DNA of 63,624 bases, counting the filler, from Octopus bimaculoides (lineage: Eukaryota), in NCBI RefSeq assembly GCF_001194135.2. It is 7 parts of 6 records of this genome, joined end to end, with 100 filler letters (N's around TTAATTAATTAA, not from the genome) between each part and the next. Parts side by side here need not be neighbours in the genome. Positions count along the whole stretch, not along the records: positions 1 to 17,159 come from NC_068981.1; 6 more parts are not named here. The stretch is one strand, 5' to 3'. Below are positions 1 to 13,439 of this stretch, piece after piece. How positions within the stretch are numbered: the stretch's first letter is position 1; each line of letters starts with the position of its first letter. Made by a program: the position numbers and the translations under genes. The notes beneath the pieces were generated by a model, which worked only from the letters and a program-made list of their open reading frames with translations, had not been told where the DNA came from and did not search any database.

Positions 1-90
<90 letters not shown>
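1..90. repeat. (AAT)n microsatellite
   Basis: 30 perfect AAT units at the window start. Confidence 0.97.
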
Positions 91-91
<1 letters not shown>

Positions 92-699
92 CTGTATTTA
101 ACGTGATTAAATATTGCAACTGGCTTGGAATGTTTCTGAATGGGTTCATTAATATCTTCAAGATGGAGAATGATTAACGCATGTAGACATATACATGTAT
201 GCCCAAAAGGAATTTAAACAAGCATGGAATTTAGAATTTAAAATTAATTATTGCGAATGATTCTTGGGACGATGTATCTCACATATTGACAGATGAAATG
301 TTACAGATTTACATCATTTAAAGACGTGATTGAAAAATATTTTTGAATTTTTATTTGAATAAGTAAAGATTACCTAACGAAATGGAGAAAATGTACGGAT
401 ACCAAGCACTAGACTTGGGTAAACAGCATCAACTTCGTTCTTTCGTGTATGGTGAATGGTACCAATTATTAATTAAAATTAACAATTATTATTTAATTAG
501 TAATTTTTACCCTATATCTGTAAGAATTATATAATGACCGGGTTCGGTCATTATGCGAATAAGAAGTCCAACGTGTATATATAAGCATGTATATATAAAA
601 AAAATTCAAACTGAGATAACAGCCAAGGCTGTGAAGCTTTTAGAGCTGATGTAGTATATATAGTCCAACCAACTCAGTGACCTAAGCTGAATCAGTTGA

Positions 700-1210
700 T
701 TCCATGTTTATATCGAATAGGTTGCTATGATTATTGTCATGGTGATTAGCCCGAAGCCATCTTTCCCTTACGAACCCATTGCAGTAGATATAATGTAATT
801 TACAAATGCACTGACCTTAATATATTACACAACTCTACAGCCATATACATAGATTCAACCAAACCTTTTAAGCAACGATATGCCGCTCACCTCCATTCTT
901 TTAGATACGATAAACATAGTACATCTACAACACTCGCCAACCACATACATCATCTCAAACATACAAATATACCCTATACTCTATCATGGTCCATATTGGA
1001 TCCAAGGCTTCCCTACTGAGGTCAACACTCAACCTTTGCCTGGATGAGGCAATTCACATATTAAAGTACAACTCTCCAGCACAGCTAAATAAACATAACA
1101 AGGCACTAAGCACATACAACCGCCACTTTTTTCACGCACTCAAATTCTACCACAAATCCAAATGCCTAAACGACCATACAGTATATTTCCACGTCCCCCT
1201 TATGTAATCC
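700..1210 (+). mobile_element. Penelope-like element GIY-YIG endonuclease remnant
   Basis: Frame from 780 reads CSRYNVIYKC...IYIDSTKPFKQRYAAHLHSFRYDKHSTSTTLANHIHHLK...WSIL, then after a frameshift LNLCLDEAIHI. The layout matches the GIY-YIG domain at 58.2-58.6 kb. Confidence 0.75.
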
Positions 1211-1526
1211 CAATAACTTTATAAATCTACGTTTTAACTCCTAATCTCACTCATACGCGAATGTTACAGCCATTTAATTATATGAGTGCATGCATACGTG
1301 CGTGTGTCTGTATGTGTATGTGTGTATGTGTGAATGTACGCAAGGTATATATACCTGCGTGTATAGGGGCGATAACACATACAGATGCACGTATATATGG
1401 ATAGGCATGTATACATATACATATGAGTATGAGTTGTATATGTAGATATTGATATGTATAAATATATGTTTATATATATAGTTTTAGGGAAAAGAACCAA
1501 GTTTCATGAACTCATCGATGAAAATC

Positions 1527-1565
<39 letters not shown>

Positions 1566-2106
1566 TAATATATACATGTCTAATATATACATCTGTATAC
1601 ATCTTCATATATATATTTTCTTCTGACATGTTGAATCGCCTAATCTAAATTCCTAAATTCTTCATTCCACCATATTACTGCCCCTCTCTCTGCCCCATCA
1701 CTTGGACACTCTCACTACATAACTGAGACTCCTTTACCTTTTACACTATTTATACCTCACTCTATCACCCTCATCTCCCCATTTCTACTTTCAAGTTATC
1801 TTGCCTGACCACTAACTGGTGCACTTTCCCTGTCTCCGTCTCTTTATTATCTCTCTCATTGCTTTTCTTTTCTCCTATTTTTTTCTTTCTTTACTTTATT
1901 CCTCACTTCCTGTTTCGTTTTTCTTCACTTTTTCTCTTTTCTTTATTCCTCTCCTTCTGTTTACGATTTGACCTTACAAATACATTCCATACTTTTAGGT
2001 CATTTTGAATAAAACCCTCGATTCAATAGCACTGTGTACAAACTCTATACTTGGAATGACCAAGTCGGTAGGTACCGCATATTCTCCTCCATTTTGTCAT
2101 TACTCC

Positions 2107-2171
<65 letters not shown>

Positions 2172-2406
2172 NNNNNNNNNNNNNNNNNNNNNNNNNNNNN
2201 NNNNNNNNNNNNNNNNNNNNNNNNNNNNNNNNNNNNNNNNNNNNNNNNNNNNNNNNNNNNNNNNNNNNNNNNNNNNNNNNNNNNNNNNNNNNNNNNNNNN
2301 NNNNNNNNNNNNNNNNNNNNNNNNNNNNNNNNNNNNNNNNNNNNNNNNNNNNNNNNNNNNNNNNNNNNNNNNNNNNNNNNNNNNNNNNNNNNNNNNNNNN
2401 NNNNNN

Positions 2407-2922
2407 GATTTCAGGGTTATTCCCTTCGTCGGCGTTCGATAGCTACTGACCTTGGTGAGGGAGTCAAAAACTTGGCAATCTTATATCTACTTTTCCAGTG
2501 AAATTCTTCACTGATATCGAAAAGGTGAAAACAAGCAATGTTAATTCTCTAAATGAAGTATTAACAGTAACTGCACGATAAAGTGTAGTATATTGCCACT
2601 TAAGTGTGGCTGACCCCTAGGGGTGGATGTTGCTGTTGCTTTTAGCCCCAGGAGGACATCTCCTCCAGCTGGCTTATCGACACACGACTGTGTCCTGTTT
2701 GCCAAGGGAAGTTATCCCTCTCACCACGATCTGCAGCACGAACGGATCCGGATTTCAGGGTTATTCCCTTCGTCGGCGTTCGATAGCTACTGACCTTGGT
2801 GAGGGAGTCAAAAACTTGGCAATCTTATATCTACTTTTCCAGTGAAATTCTTCACTGATATCGAAAAGGTGAAAACAAGCAATGTTAACTCTCTAAATGA
2901 AGTATTAACAGTAACTGCACGA
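2407..2922 (+). repeat. Direct repeat with 344-bp period (172 bp duplicated)
   Basis: 2407-2578 matches 2751-2922 with one mismatch seen (TTAATTCTCT vs TTAACTCTCT). Confidence 0.9.
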
Positions 2923-3813
2923 GAAATTTGACTCTAATATCCATTACTATTGTAATTTATTCCCATGTCAACATTTCTGTATAAGGCTATATTTGAGTGT
3001 CAAATTTAAGTCAAACATATAAGTTTCCTTACACGTCTTCAGGGAACACATTGAGAACAAACATAAATCAAGCAAAAGTCAAGAATAGGAGATCAATACC
3101 ACATTTCTAGGTTTCGTCCATATTTAAATTTGTCGTTAAATGACTCGTTAAATTCGTCCCTTTCTATAAACAAGGAGAACGATCCCTAAGACGTCTTATT
3201 TAGACTTTTTTGCGGTGAAATCTCTTGCTATATTGGTAACGATTACATGATTTTCTATGAAAAATTATATATATATATATATNNNNNNNNNNNNNNNNNN
3301 NNNNNNNNNNNNNNNNNNNNNNNNNNNNNNNNNNNNNNNNNNNNNNNNNNNNNNNNNNNNNNNNNNNNNNNNNNNNNNNNNNNNNNNNNNNNNNNNNNNN
3401 NNNNNNNNNNNNNNNNNNNNNNNNNNNNNNNNNNNNNNNNNNNNNNNNNNNNNNNNNNNNNNNNNNNNNNNNNNNNNNNNNNNNNNNNNNNNNNNNNNNN
3501 NNNNNNNNNNNNNNNNNNNNNNNNNNNNNNNNNNNNNNNNNNNNNNNNNNNNNNNNNNNNNNNNNNNNNNNNNNNNNNNNNNNNNNNNNNNNNNNNNNNN
3601 NNNNNNNNNNNNNNNNNNNNNNNNNNNNNNNNNNNNNNNNNNNNNNNNNNNNNNNNNNNNNNNNNNNNNNNNNNNNNNNNNNNNNNNNNNNNNNNNNNNN
3701 NNNNNNNNNNNNNNNNNNNNNNNNNNNNNNNNNNNNNNNNNNNNNNNNNNNNNNNNNNNNNNNNNNNNNNNNNNNNNNNNNNNNNNNNNNNNNNNNNNNN
3801 NNNNNNNNNNNNN

Positions 3814-4802
3814 NCAAGTGTAACGAAAACAGCTGAAATATTTGGCGCATCAAGAAATACTGTCTATTGTAATGACAGACCTTGAAATTCCGGAATAAAA
3901 CCATACTTTCAGATAGAGACCGTCGGACGCTTATACGAATTGTTAGAAAAGATCACAAAAGTCAGCTCCCAAAATTACTGCAAAGCTTAATGACCACCTC
4001 GAAAATCCAGTTTCCACAAAAACTGTTCGCCAGGAGCTGCACAAAGACGGATTTCACGGGTGGGCTGCAATCAGAAAACCACTACTTTCAAACACAAACG
4101 TTGCAAAGCATTCAGAGTGGAGTGTAAACATACAGAATTACTCCCGAGAGCAGTGGAAGAATGTTATTTTCTCAGAAGAGTAATCCGTTACCTTATTTCG
4201 GACCACCGGCCGAGTATATGCGTGGGGACGGCCAAAGGAAGTATTTGTCCCAGACTGCCTTCTTCCGACTGTTAAACATGGAGGATCTATAATAATCCGA
4301 GGTGCTATATCTTGGAAATACGCCAGCTCAATGGTTTCCCTTCATGGCAGAATTAATAGTCAAGACATATTATCCGATCAAATTCATTCTATATTTGCGG
4401 AACTGCTTCCTGAGAGAAACGCAATCATTCAGAATGATGATGCCCTAATTCACACAGCTAAAATTGTTACTGAATGGCACGAGGGATATTCTAGTGAAGC
4501 TGAACATCTTATCTGGCCACCACATTCTCCAAATTTCAATATTATTGAACATTTATGTTCCATTTAAAAGAAAAAAATAAAACATGTAAGGAGTCGATAT
4601 CCTTCACCATCATCACAACAAAAACTGGAGACCGCTTTAGCTGCAGAATGAACAAACATTCCTTTGAAAATAATTCTAACTTTGTCCACGTCCCTACCTC
4701 GTAGAATTCAAGGTGTAATTACTGCCAAAGGCGGCCCTATGCCATATTAAAATATATTTGTTTGAAATTTTAAGGTGTTTCCATTATTTTGTTCAAGCCC
4801 TG
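3814..4802 (+). mobile_element. Tc1-family DNA transposon, degenerate, 5' end lost in gap
   Basis: Broken frames give SVTKTAEIFGASRNTV, LSDRDRRTLIRIVRKDH, NDDALIHTAK and WPPHSPNFNIIEHL. The element ends ...GGTGTTTCCATTATTTTGTTCAAGCCCTG followed by TA (TIR plus TSD). Confidence 0.9.
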
Positions 4803-6329
4803 TATATATATATATATTACTTAACACACTCAGTGGTTCGATTTACACTCATTTACTTATTTATTTTTCTAATATATATATATATTGCTATACCCTTCTG
4901 TCCCTTCCTCCTTGTTCCACTTCCTCCCTCCACNNNNNNNNNNNNNNNNNNNNNNNNNNNNNNNNNNNNNNNNNNNNNNNNNNNNNNNNNNNNNNNNNNN
5001 NNNNNNNNNNNNNNNNNNNNNNNNNNNNNNNNNNNNNNNNNNNNNNNNNNNNNNNNNNNNNNNNNNNNNNNNNNNNNNNNNNNNNNNNNNNNNNNNNNNN
5101 NNNNNNNNNNNNNNNNNNNNNNNNNNNNNNNNNNNNNNNNNNNNNNNNNNNNNNNNNNNNNNNNNNNNNNNNNNNNNNNNNNNNNNNNNNNNNNNNNNNN
5201 NNNNNNNNNNNNNNNNNNNNNNNNNNNNNNNNNNNNNNNNNNNNNNNNNNNNNNNNNNNNNNNNNNNNNNNNNNNNNNNNNNNNNNNNNNNNNNNNNNNN
5301 NNNNNNNNNNNNNNNNNNNNNNNNNNNNNNNNNNNNNNNNNNNNNNNNNNNNNNNNNNNNNNNNNTTACTTAACACACTCACCGGTTCGATTTACACTCA
5401 TTTACTTATATTTTTTCTAAAATATGTATGGGCGTATGTATTTAGACGTGACATATTTCGTGGTACTTAGACTAGAAGTAATGACGGTGTTGTTATATCT
5501 CCAAAGTATGATTCAAATGATGCCTGGCCATATGAAATATTAACCATAATTAGCTAGCGGATTCTTCATTGGACAATATTTATAGCAAAAATGTTCCCTT
5601 TTATTTATAGAAGGGAATATTTTGTAATATCTTTGAAATGGAACATACGGTGGCAGAAATCTGAACGCGATAAAGAACTTTTCTAGTTTACGTACCTGGA
5701 AACGTACCAAAAATGTCAAGAATAATTGGAATACGCAGGTTCTGTCCCGACTAAACACAGTCAATAACACAATATGAAATAACTCACATATGACATTCAC
5801 AAACTATTTTGGCTAACCTAGAAAACAACACAGATATAGAAAATATTCTACGTGCACTAGAAGTATGTATTTGTTTCTAGGAAAGAATGCCAGAAAATAA
5901 TGGGATGAAGTAATAATGATCATTAAACTTTTAAACTTTTGCCAAAACATCAGCTGGTATGTTTTAGCAAAAGCTCATTAAATTGACTTCTTCGTCACTG
6001 TATTCCTGAAGATCTGTGAGAATTAATGATGCATGGAATTGTTTCGTTTCAAGCTACTGGCTTCTTTCCCACAAATAGTGCTAATTATATAGATCTCTAC
6101 ATTTGAAACTGCTACATACGATGTAAAGCATAAATATTTCATAATCGGTTAAACATGGCAGATGAATTGTTATAAGTATAGATACTATTGGCTTGTAAAA
6201 CTGAAACTTCCTGTAAAATTTTCAAATACTTAAATGACATAAATTAAGATATGCATATTCATACACACACATATAACTCATTAATATATGGGGAATTTGA
6301 AAATATCGATATATTAACTGTAATATCTG

Positions 6330-7130
6330 GGTTGTTTTTTCTCTTTATGGTGGTGTGCGTTTCGAGGATTTGATTCATTCCATGGTCCGTTCTTAGCAAA
6401 GGAATATTTTGCAGAATGTTGTCGAAGGCTTCATTGTTTACGGTGTGGTGTATAGATATGTATGGTAGGGCTTTTAATTGTAAATCATTTTTAGCTTGAG
6501 ATGTCTGTGTCCGTGGATGTTGAGTCATGGTTGTTGTGTAGGTCGGTAATTCCTGCTCATGAGGGAGCCATTCTCGTACCCATCTCAGTCCCTGATTTTT
6601 ATCGATAGAAGTTGTCTTTGAAGACGAAGAATTTATTCTCCAAGACGTATTTTAGCCATTATATTACGAATTCGTTTCGATGCGGAGTAATTTTGTAGCC
6701 AGAATTGGATTGCCTTTATTCCTAGGCTGTGGGAGATATTAGAATAGAGGTTGACTACATCGAAGGATTCTGGTAGGGTGTTGGTACTTACTGTTTCAGG
6801 GTGGTGGTTGAGCGTAACTAGATCGTCCCTTGTGTAGCCTTTGGTATGCTAGAGGAATGGTTTTACGAGGGTATCTAAAAAGTTACTGAGATGGTGAGAT
6901 GCTATTGTAGGTCTTAGTTTGAAGTCGTTATGAGTGGGTACTTTGATTATAATGTCTGTGGCTCCCCTGCATGCGTTTCTTTTTTTTTTTTCACTTTTTT
7001 GTATCTTAGGAATACCATAGAACTGACTGGATTTACTTTTGAAATCAACCATATATTCGTATGTTCCCTGTATAGGTTTTTAGGTTTCTCATTATTTTCT
7101 ACTGACTGTATTGTTGGACCTTTTCCTAAC
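6330..7130 (-). mobile_element. Penelope-like reverse transcriptase remnant
   Basis: Minus strand reads QFYGIPKIQK, FKLRPTIAS..HLSNFLDTLVKPFL and QGTEMGTRMAPS, all PLE RT motifs, with many stops and frameshifts. Confidence 0.75.
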
Positions 7131-7599
7131 ATGCTTTGTCTTCTAATATGGATAGTACTAGAGTTATATATATAATACTGCTTGTTTTTGTTTTATTTGA
7201 TATATGGGATGAAATCAATTGACGTTTCTCCATGTTCATGTTATGTTGTTAGATTAATATAAAGCTTCGAATGATTTCTATATTTACCTTTATTCTGTAA
7301 ATGTTGTGTTGAAATCTATATAGAAAGATTTCCTTTGCTATCGCTGAACTTGGCCATATCAGGTATGGGTCATAATAAAAGGCTTGCACCGAAAGTAATA
7401 ACAGAAAATATGCATAACGTTTTAATAATAATATAAGTGGACCAAATTTCAGTGGGTGAAACAATACTTCACCCTATATATACATGTATTAATGCTTGAA
7501 ATGAAGAGTAGAATGACAACTAATTAAGGGCCGTTATTTATGTTAATTGTCTTGTTTTCCATAAGGGATCAATTTGCAACTTACTTTATAATGTCTTTG

Positions 7600-8450
7600 T
7601 TATGAAATTGTTCACTGTGATGACAATTCATTTTTTTAACCGAACACTTGGAAGCATTATAATCGACTGTAATGTGGATTGCTGGGACACTGGTCTGCCC
7701 AATTTGCGCTTGGCATTATTTTTAAAACAGATGTATTAGGTAACGAATTACCATGGTGGATGTGGATGATTTTCAGGTCCTTATACGGTTTCTTCCTCCT
7801 AGTGAACTTAAACATTATTTTCATTACTCAATGTACGACTCGCCATAAAATGTTTTGTCGTGTTTCGGAAACTCAAGGAGAATGAAACGTTTGTCATCTT
7901 CCAAATGAGCTAGCGTAAGTCTTTGAGCCGATCGCTGGCTCTTAAACATTATAGGATTTGCATTAACTGAGACTTCGTTTCCGATTCATAAAGTTACAGT
8001 GACCTTTCATTTCTTGTCATTAGTTTGGAAAAGTAAACTTAATTTCGCTGGGTGCAAACGTTTCCAACAGATCAGAGCAAACACCTACACTTCTCTCCCT
8101 CATATTCTATTATATGTGTGGAGACATTAATTGTCCTTACCAAAATCATGTGTAATGCATATTGAACAGAGTCTGGTAGTGCAACAATGATATATGACTC
8201 GTCTGCCCGAGCGTATCACTTCGTTCCTTCACTAGTGATTTTTGTCAGAGATCACAGTTCACAGTCTCCCTCTTTGTCATTTGTTTTCACTGTTGGTTTT
8301 CCTTTCTTCAAAACTCTTCTGGTACCTGTGCACACTGTTCTTTTCCATGACATCATCTCCGTAATCAAACTGTAGACATCAGCAAATGTCGAATGTCGTG
8401 AAGCCCCATTTCGTCTTCAAGGCTATTGACGGCGAGTTGCTTCAATGCGT
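7600..8450 (-). mobile_element. Highly decayed mariner transposase remnant
   Basis: Minus frame YGDDVMEKNSVHRYQKSFEERKTNSENK*QRGR...EVIRSGRRV resembles the mariner HTH region. IIHIHHGNSLPNTS resembles the HDNARPH motif. Confidence 0.5.
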
Positions 8451-10068
8451 ACGCCATTATTTGCCAGGAATGGGGAAGAAGATGAAAAATATAGGGGTGA
8501 GGATGCTAGAAGGACGAAGAAGTCCATAGGAAAGCGTAAGGGAAATACAGTTTCTTGTAGGCAACTTTGATGAGCAAGAACTGACACGGGACGTGGTGTT
8601 AAATAGTGGAATTAAAGTATAGCAGAGACCCAGATATACGAACAACAGAAATCTGATGCACGGAATGAATTTTAATCAGTGACTACAACCCAACTACAAA
8701 GACTATTCTTTCAGCGCACACGTTATGGTCACATCTTGGCCGCGCAATCTACTAGATGTAGCAACCAAATTTTCAGTAAAATATTACATCCTAGTATATG
8801 CAAATGAAAGAGATCACTTCTCGATTTTACTTTTAAAAAGCCCACCAAAACAGACGTACATACAAATGTAAGGGACCTGTCATGTTTTTCTTTTTTTTGT
8901 GAACAATGCAGAATATCTGTGAATGAAGACAAACATATACAAGGAATCTAAAGACCAATGTATGAACTAGCGCTTCATGTCTGGGTGTATACATATATAT
9001 GTGCGCGCACACGAAGACACAAACACACACAGACACACACCACACACACACAGACTCAAACAAATCTCACTCATACACACACACAAACCCCTGAGCCCCG
9101 TTCAAATAAGACTTATGAAATGTCGGAAAATCTAGCACAAATCCGCTGTTTTTATTACTCCAATAATTATGACAGTAGTTATTGAACAGGTTATCCTTTT
9201 GGTTCAACATAGGAATTTACAATGAATATTCTGCAATATATTATAATCCATACGAACATTCAACTAAAAATAAGTTTGTGTTGAGTGTGTGTATTTTTAT
9301 ATCAATTATTTTGATTAGTTGACATACAGCTATTTTTATGTTTACAACAAAGGAAGTGAGTGAACTATTTTTGTTTCAAGCATAAATAGATATTATTTAG
9401 TATACAATAGAATTTTCAAATATGCTGTTGTAATGTGTGTTTGTGTGTGCGCACGCGCGTCTTTACTCGCCATAATTCCTACATCTTGTGGAATATCTGT
9501 ATAAAGGCTTACGAGATACAACATTAAGCACGGGCGAATCCGATTGTGTTGTTTTGCTAAGATGGAACAAGAGATCCTTCTCATCCTTAAGGAAATTTGG
9601 CACATGTACATTGACGGCCTAACAAAAATCAGTACTGGATATCATTACTATAGAATATCTGTAGAAATAACCTTAACAAGTAAAGTTAACGCGCACAGCT
9701 AAGGCAGTAGAACGCGGTATTTTCTTATAAAGACGTTTAGTATATTTAGAGCATATTGTGGTTGCCTAACGAAATATCGTATATTTACATGTCATTTGTA
9801 TATGCATACCAGCTTCCAGGAGTGCGTTTAATATTTGAAATTGCCAAATCGAATTACTATATATATTGTTTATTTAAGCAATGTGGTTAGATGTGTGCTG
9901 ATGAAGAAGCAAAAAACCCTCGAAATATGGCGTATAATCCCATTACTTATTTTTCACCATCGATCTCATCGTTTGCTTATATCTGAAATCTTGTATACGA
10001 AACGTTGTAATAAAAGTTAGTGGTGGCTATAATTTCTATGGAATACCTGTAGAGATAAACTTGACAAG

Positions 10069-10127
<59 letters not shown>

Positions 10128-10494
10128 GTATGTGTTTATAAACGATATATGTACATACACTAACACACATTCACATATACACATATACATGAATGTATAT
10201 ATATATTGTTAATAGCAAATTTACTTCGAAGATTCATTTTTATAGTTCTACATATATCCTGGAAGAAATTTGATACCACCTCCATAGGAAATAATAAATA
10301 CATTAAACATCTCGAAACCTGTTGCAGCGCGATCAAAAGCGGTGATAATATGAACGTGCTATAACAGGAGAATACGGTGAATGCAATAACACTTCCTAAA
10401 CGATCTCTTTTTGGGTTTGTAGGTGATCTAAATTAAAATTTCCATTGAAATTTCATTCATGTTAATTTGTTTTATAAATACTAGCTTAATCATT

Positions 10495-10710
10495 ATTTCA
10501 ACTCTAGCCACAAGGACTTGAAAATTTTTGAGGAGGCGGGCTAGTCGATTATATCGAACCCAGTACGTGATTGGTATTTATCTCATTGACTCCGAAATGA
10601 TGAAAGGCAAAGTCGTATTCGGTGGAATCTGAACTCAGAACGTAGCAGCAGAATAAATACCGCTAAGCATTTCGTCCGGCGTGCTAAAGATTGTGCCAGC
10701 TCGCCGCCTT
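10495..10710 (-). mobile_element. tRNA-type SINE, family A
   Basis: Minus strand AAGGCGGCGAGCTGGCAC...ATGCTTAGCGGTATTT...GTTCTGAGTTCAGATTCCACC, a body shared with at least six other copies in this window. Confidence 0.75.
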
Positions 10711-10797
10711 AACACTAGCTTAATAATAATTTTTTACTAAACTTTTTATTATTTTAAAATTAATTATATCGAAGATTGTGTCTTTCAATTGAAATAT

Positions 10798-11012
10798 TCC
10801 TTTCTAACGTAGGCACAAGGCCTGAAATTTTGGGGGAGTGTGCCAGTGGATTAGATTGACCTCAGTACGAAACTGGTACTTAATTTATCGATCCCGAAAG
10901 GATGAAAGGAAAAGCTGACCTTGAAGGAATTTGAAGTGAGAATGTATAGACCGACGAGATACCGCTAAGCATTTCGTCAGGTATGCTAACCTCTCTCCCA
11001 GCTAGCCGCCTT
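10798..11012 (-). mobile_element. tRNA-type SINE, family A (second tandem copy)
   Basis: Same head, core (CTTTTCCTTTCATCCTTTCGGGATCGATAAATTAAGTACCAG) and tail as 10495-10710. Confidence 0.75.
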
Positions 11013-11761
11013 CTCTCAAGTAACAAGCAGCGGCAAAATTGTAAAATTGCTGAGTGTTCTGTTACCTTGAGCGCCGAACAATAAGTTCCCTTGTCGGAGA
11101 ATAGACTCCACCAAACATAACCGACATGCTCCATTCATATATGAGCAAGTCAGTTGTGGCACAGAAATTTGTATTAAATCTCTTATTGTTCAACAGATTG
11201 CACAACAGAATGTTACCTTGCTCACACAACCATAAGTTTTGTGATAATGTTCTAATATAAATTAAAAGTAATTAAAATGAAATATTGCTCCTTGCATTAT
11301 TTAGGTCAATAGAAATTACTCAAAATACTATTGCCAATAGCAATACATCTGCGTGTAGAACGGACGAAATTGTTTAATAATTTAGCCAACCATAATATAT
11401 CATTTTCGTTTCCTTTCGGCTGTTGAGCTTTGGTAGATCATATGTGCCGTTATTCGTTCAGTGCATGTGAAGACATAATGCCTTAAATCTCTTCATATTA
11501 ACATGATAATTTCATTTTCCTGCAAAATAAGGCAGGTCAGACTACATACATTTTCAAGAAGAACGTTGGTTTTTTTATCCTAGTAAAACAGAATTTATAT
11601 CTTTCTTCATTTCGTGAACAAATGATATTAAGAAAAATAACAGAAAATATATTTTTTCGAAAACCTATGATTATACGTAATGGGTATTTGTAAGGAACAA
11701 ATTAAATAATTTGCATGTGTTCTTGAGAAGTTCATGTGACACATAACTTACGTGATAATTA

Positions 11762-12969
11762 TTGGGTTGTCCGGAAAGTTCGTGCCGATTTTTACAGGAA
11801 AGAAAAAGGTCAATAAATACTTGCCATTACATTTTAATCAACCAAACATGTACCATTTTGTTGCACAATGCGTCTCCATCTTTACTTTAATTTGCAAATA
11901 CCCTCTTTCCAGAACTGAGGTGGTTTCATGGCAAAGAATTCATCAAGGTAACTTTTTATGACATCCACGGAATTGAAATTTTTTACCATAAGGAATTTTC
12001 TGCAGCGACCTGAATAAGGGGAAATCCGAAGGAGCAATATCTGATGAATATGGAAGGTGGATGGTAAAAATATCCCTGCTGAGCGGCAGCAATTTTTGTC
12101 TGGTTCCCAAAGAAACGTGTGGCCTTGCATTAACATGCTGGAAAACAACACCCTTCATGTTGGCCAATTCTGGACGTTTCTCTTGAATTGCTGCTTTTAA
12201 CTCATCCATTTGTGTGCAGTAGTTCCCACTAGACACAAAGTAAGACTTTTTAGGGGGAAGACCCGCTTTTGGGGTGGCTAGGGATGACTCATGTCACTTA
12301 CTCCAGGATCGCTTTCTCTGAACATTTCGGTAGATAATACATTTCTCATCACCTGTCAATTTCCTTTAAAAAAGGCGCGTTTTCATTCCGTTTATAAAAC
12401 GAATCACAGATGAAAATGTTCTTCTCACTCAATTCATGTACCCAAACATCATAGCGATTTGTGGGCCCAATCTTTACCAGGTGCTCATGAACGACGGATT
12501 TTAATAGTTTGAGGCTTTCTGCCAATTCTCGGGTTGTGCAATGTGGGTTATCCTCAATTAATGACTTGATTTGGTCATCATCTGTAGTGGATAGTCTGCC
12601 CGATCGCTCTTTACCAATAAGGCTACAAACTCCAGCTTGGAAACTTGAGAACAACTTCCGTATAGTTCTTTCAGATAAAGAAACATCACCGTAAGTTGCG
12701 CATATTTCTTTGGTTGCTTGTGAGGTATTTTCCCTCTACGGAAAAAAAAATGCAACAAGTGCCGAAAAGGAACTTTCTTATCTTTCATTTAAAGGGTTAC
12801 AGAATCAACACCGGTTATAGGAACATAAACCTTCTTCCACGAAAAGATAGCTTAAACTGTGTTCTAAATGGAAGTGTAGTCAAATTCTATTTTATGGACT
12901 CAAATATGTTCTAAAATAAGTCGAAATATAAGCTACTATAAATTGGCACGAACTTTCCGGACAACCCGA
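11762..12969 (-). mobile_element. Near full-length mariner element with both TIRs; transposase frameshifted
   Basis: 30-bp TIRs at 11762-11791 and 12940-12969 match 28/30, with TA on both flanks. Peptides include ERSGRLST, FQHVNARPHV and YSSDIAPSDFPLFRSLQ (YSPDLAPSD motif). Confidence 0.95.
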
Positions 12970-13439
12970 TATTATTTTGTGTTAACGCGTGTGTATCGCT
13001 TAACAGATTGAAGTATTGTGAAATAGATTGACTTATAAGTTTTTCAATTTCTTCTGATAAATACCAATATTCATTTCATATAAATCATTATCAGGAGAAC
13101 CGTTTCTTATTAGCAAATTTCCTTCGAGCTATGTCAGCAGCATATAAAATGGCATTCCAAATACTGGCATTTTTCGGGTGGGCTGAAGATTCTGAAGAGA
13201 AAAACAAATAGCACTTGTATATTAAACAATAAAGCATTGTTAGTGAGTTTATTTTTTAGGGAATTTGTTATTTAATATATGAAAGACGCGTGTATAGACT
13301 TAATAAAAATACCTTATTCTGCGATACATTTTGGAAATATATTTCATATTCAGGAGTAAATTCAGTAAAATATGCTTTACATAGATTTTAATACAATAAA
13401 TATTTCTTTGAGAAGGATAAATGAGCATAACTTTCACAT

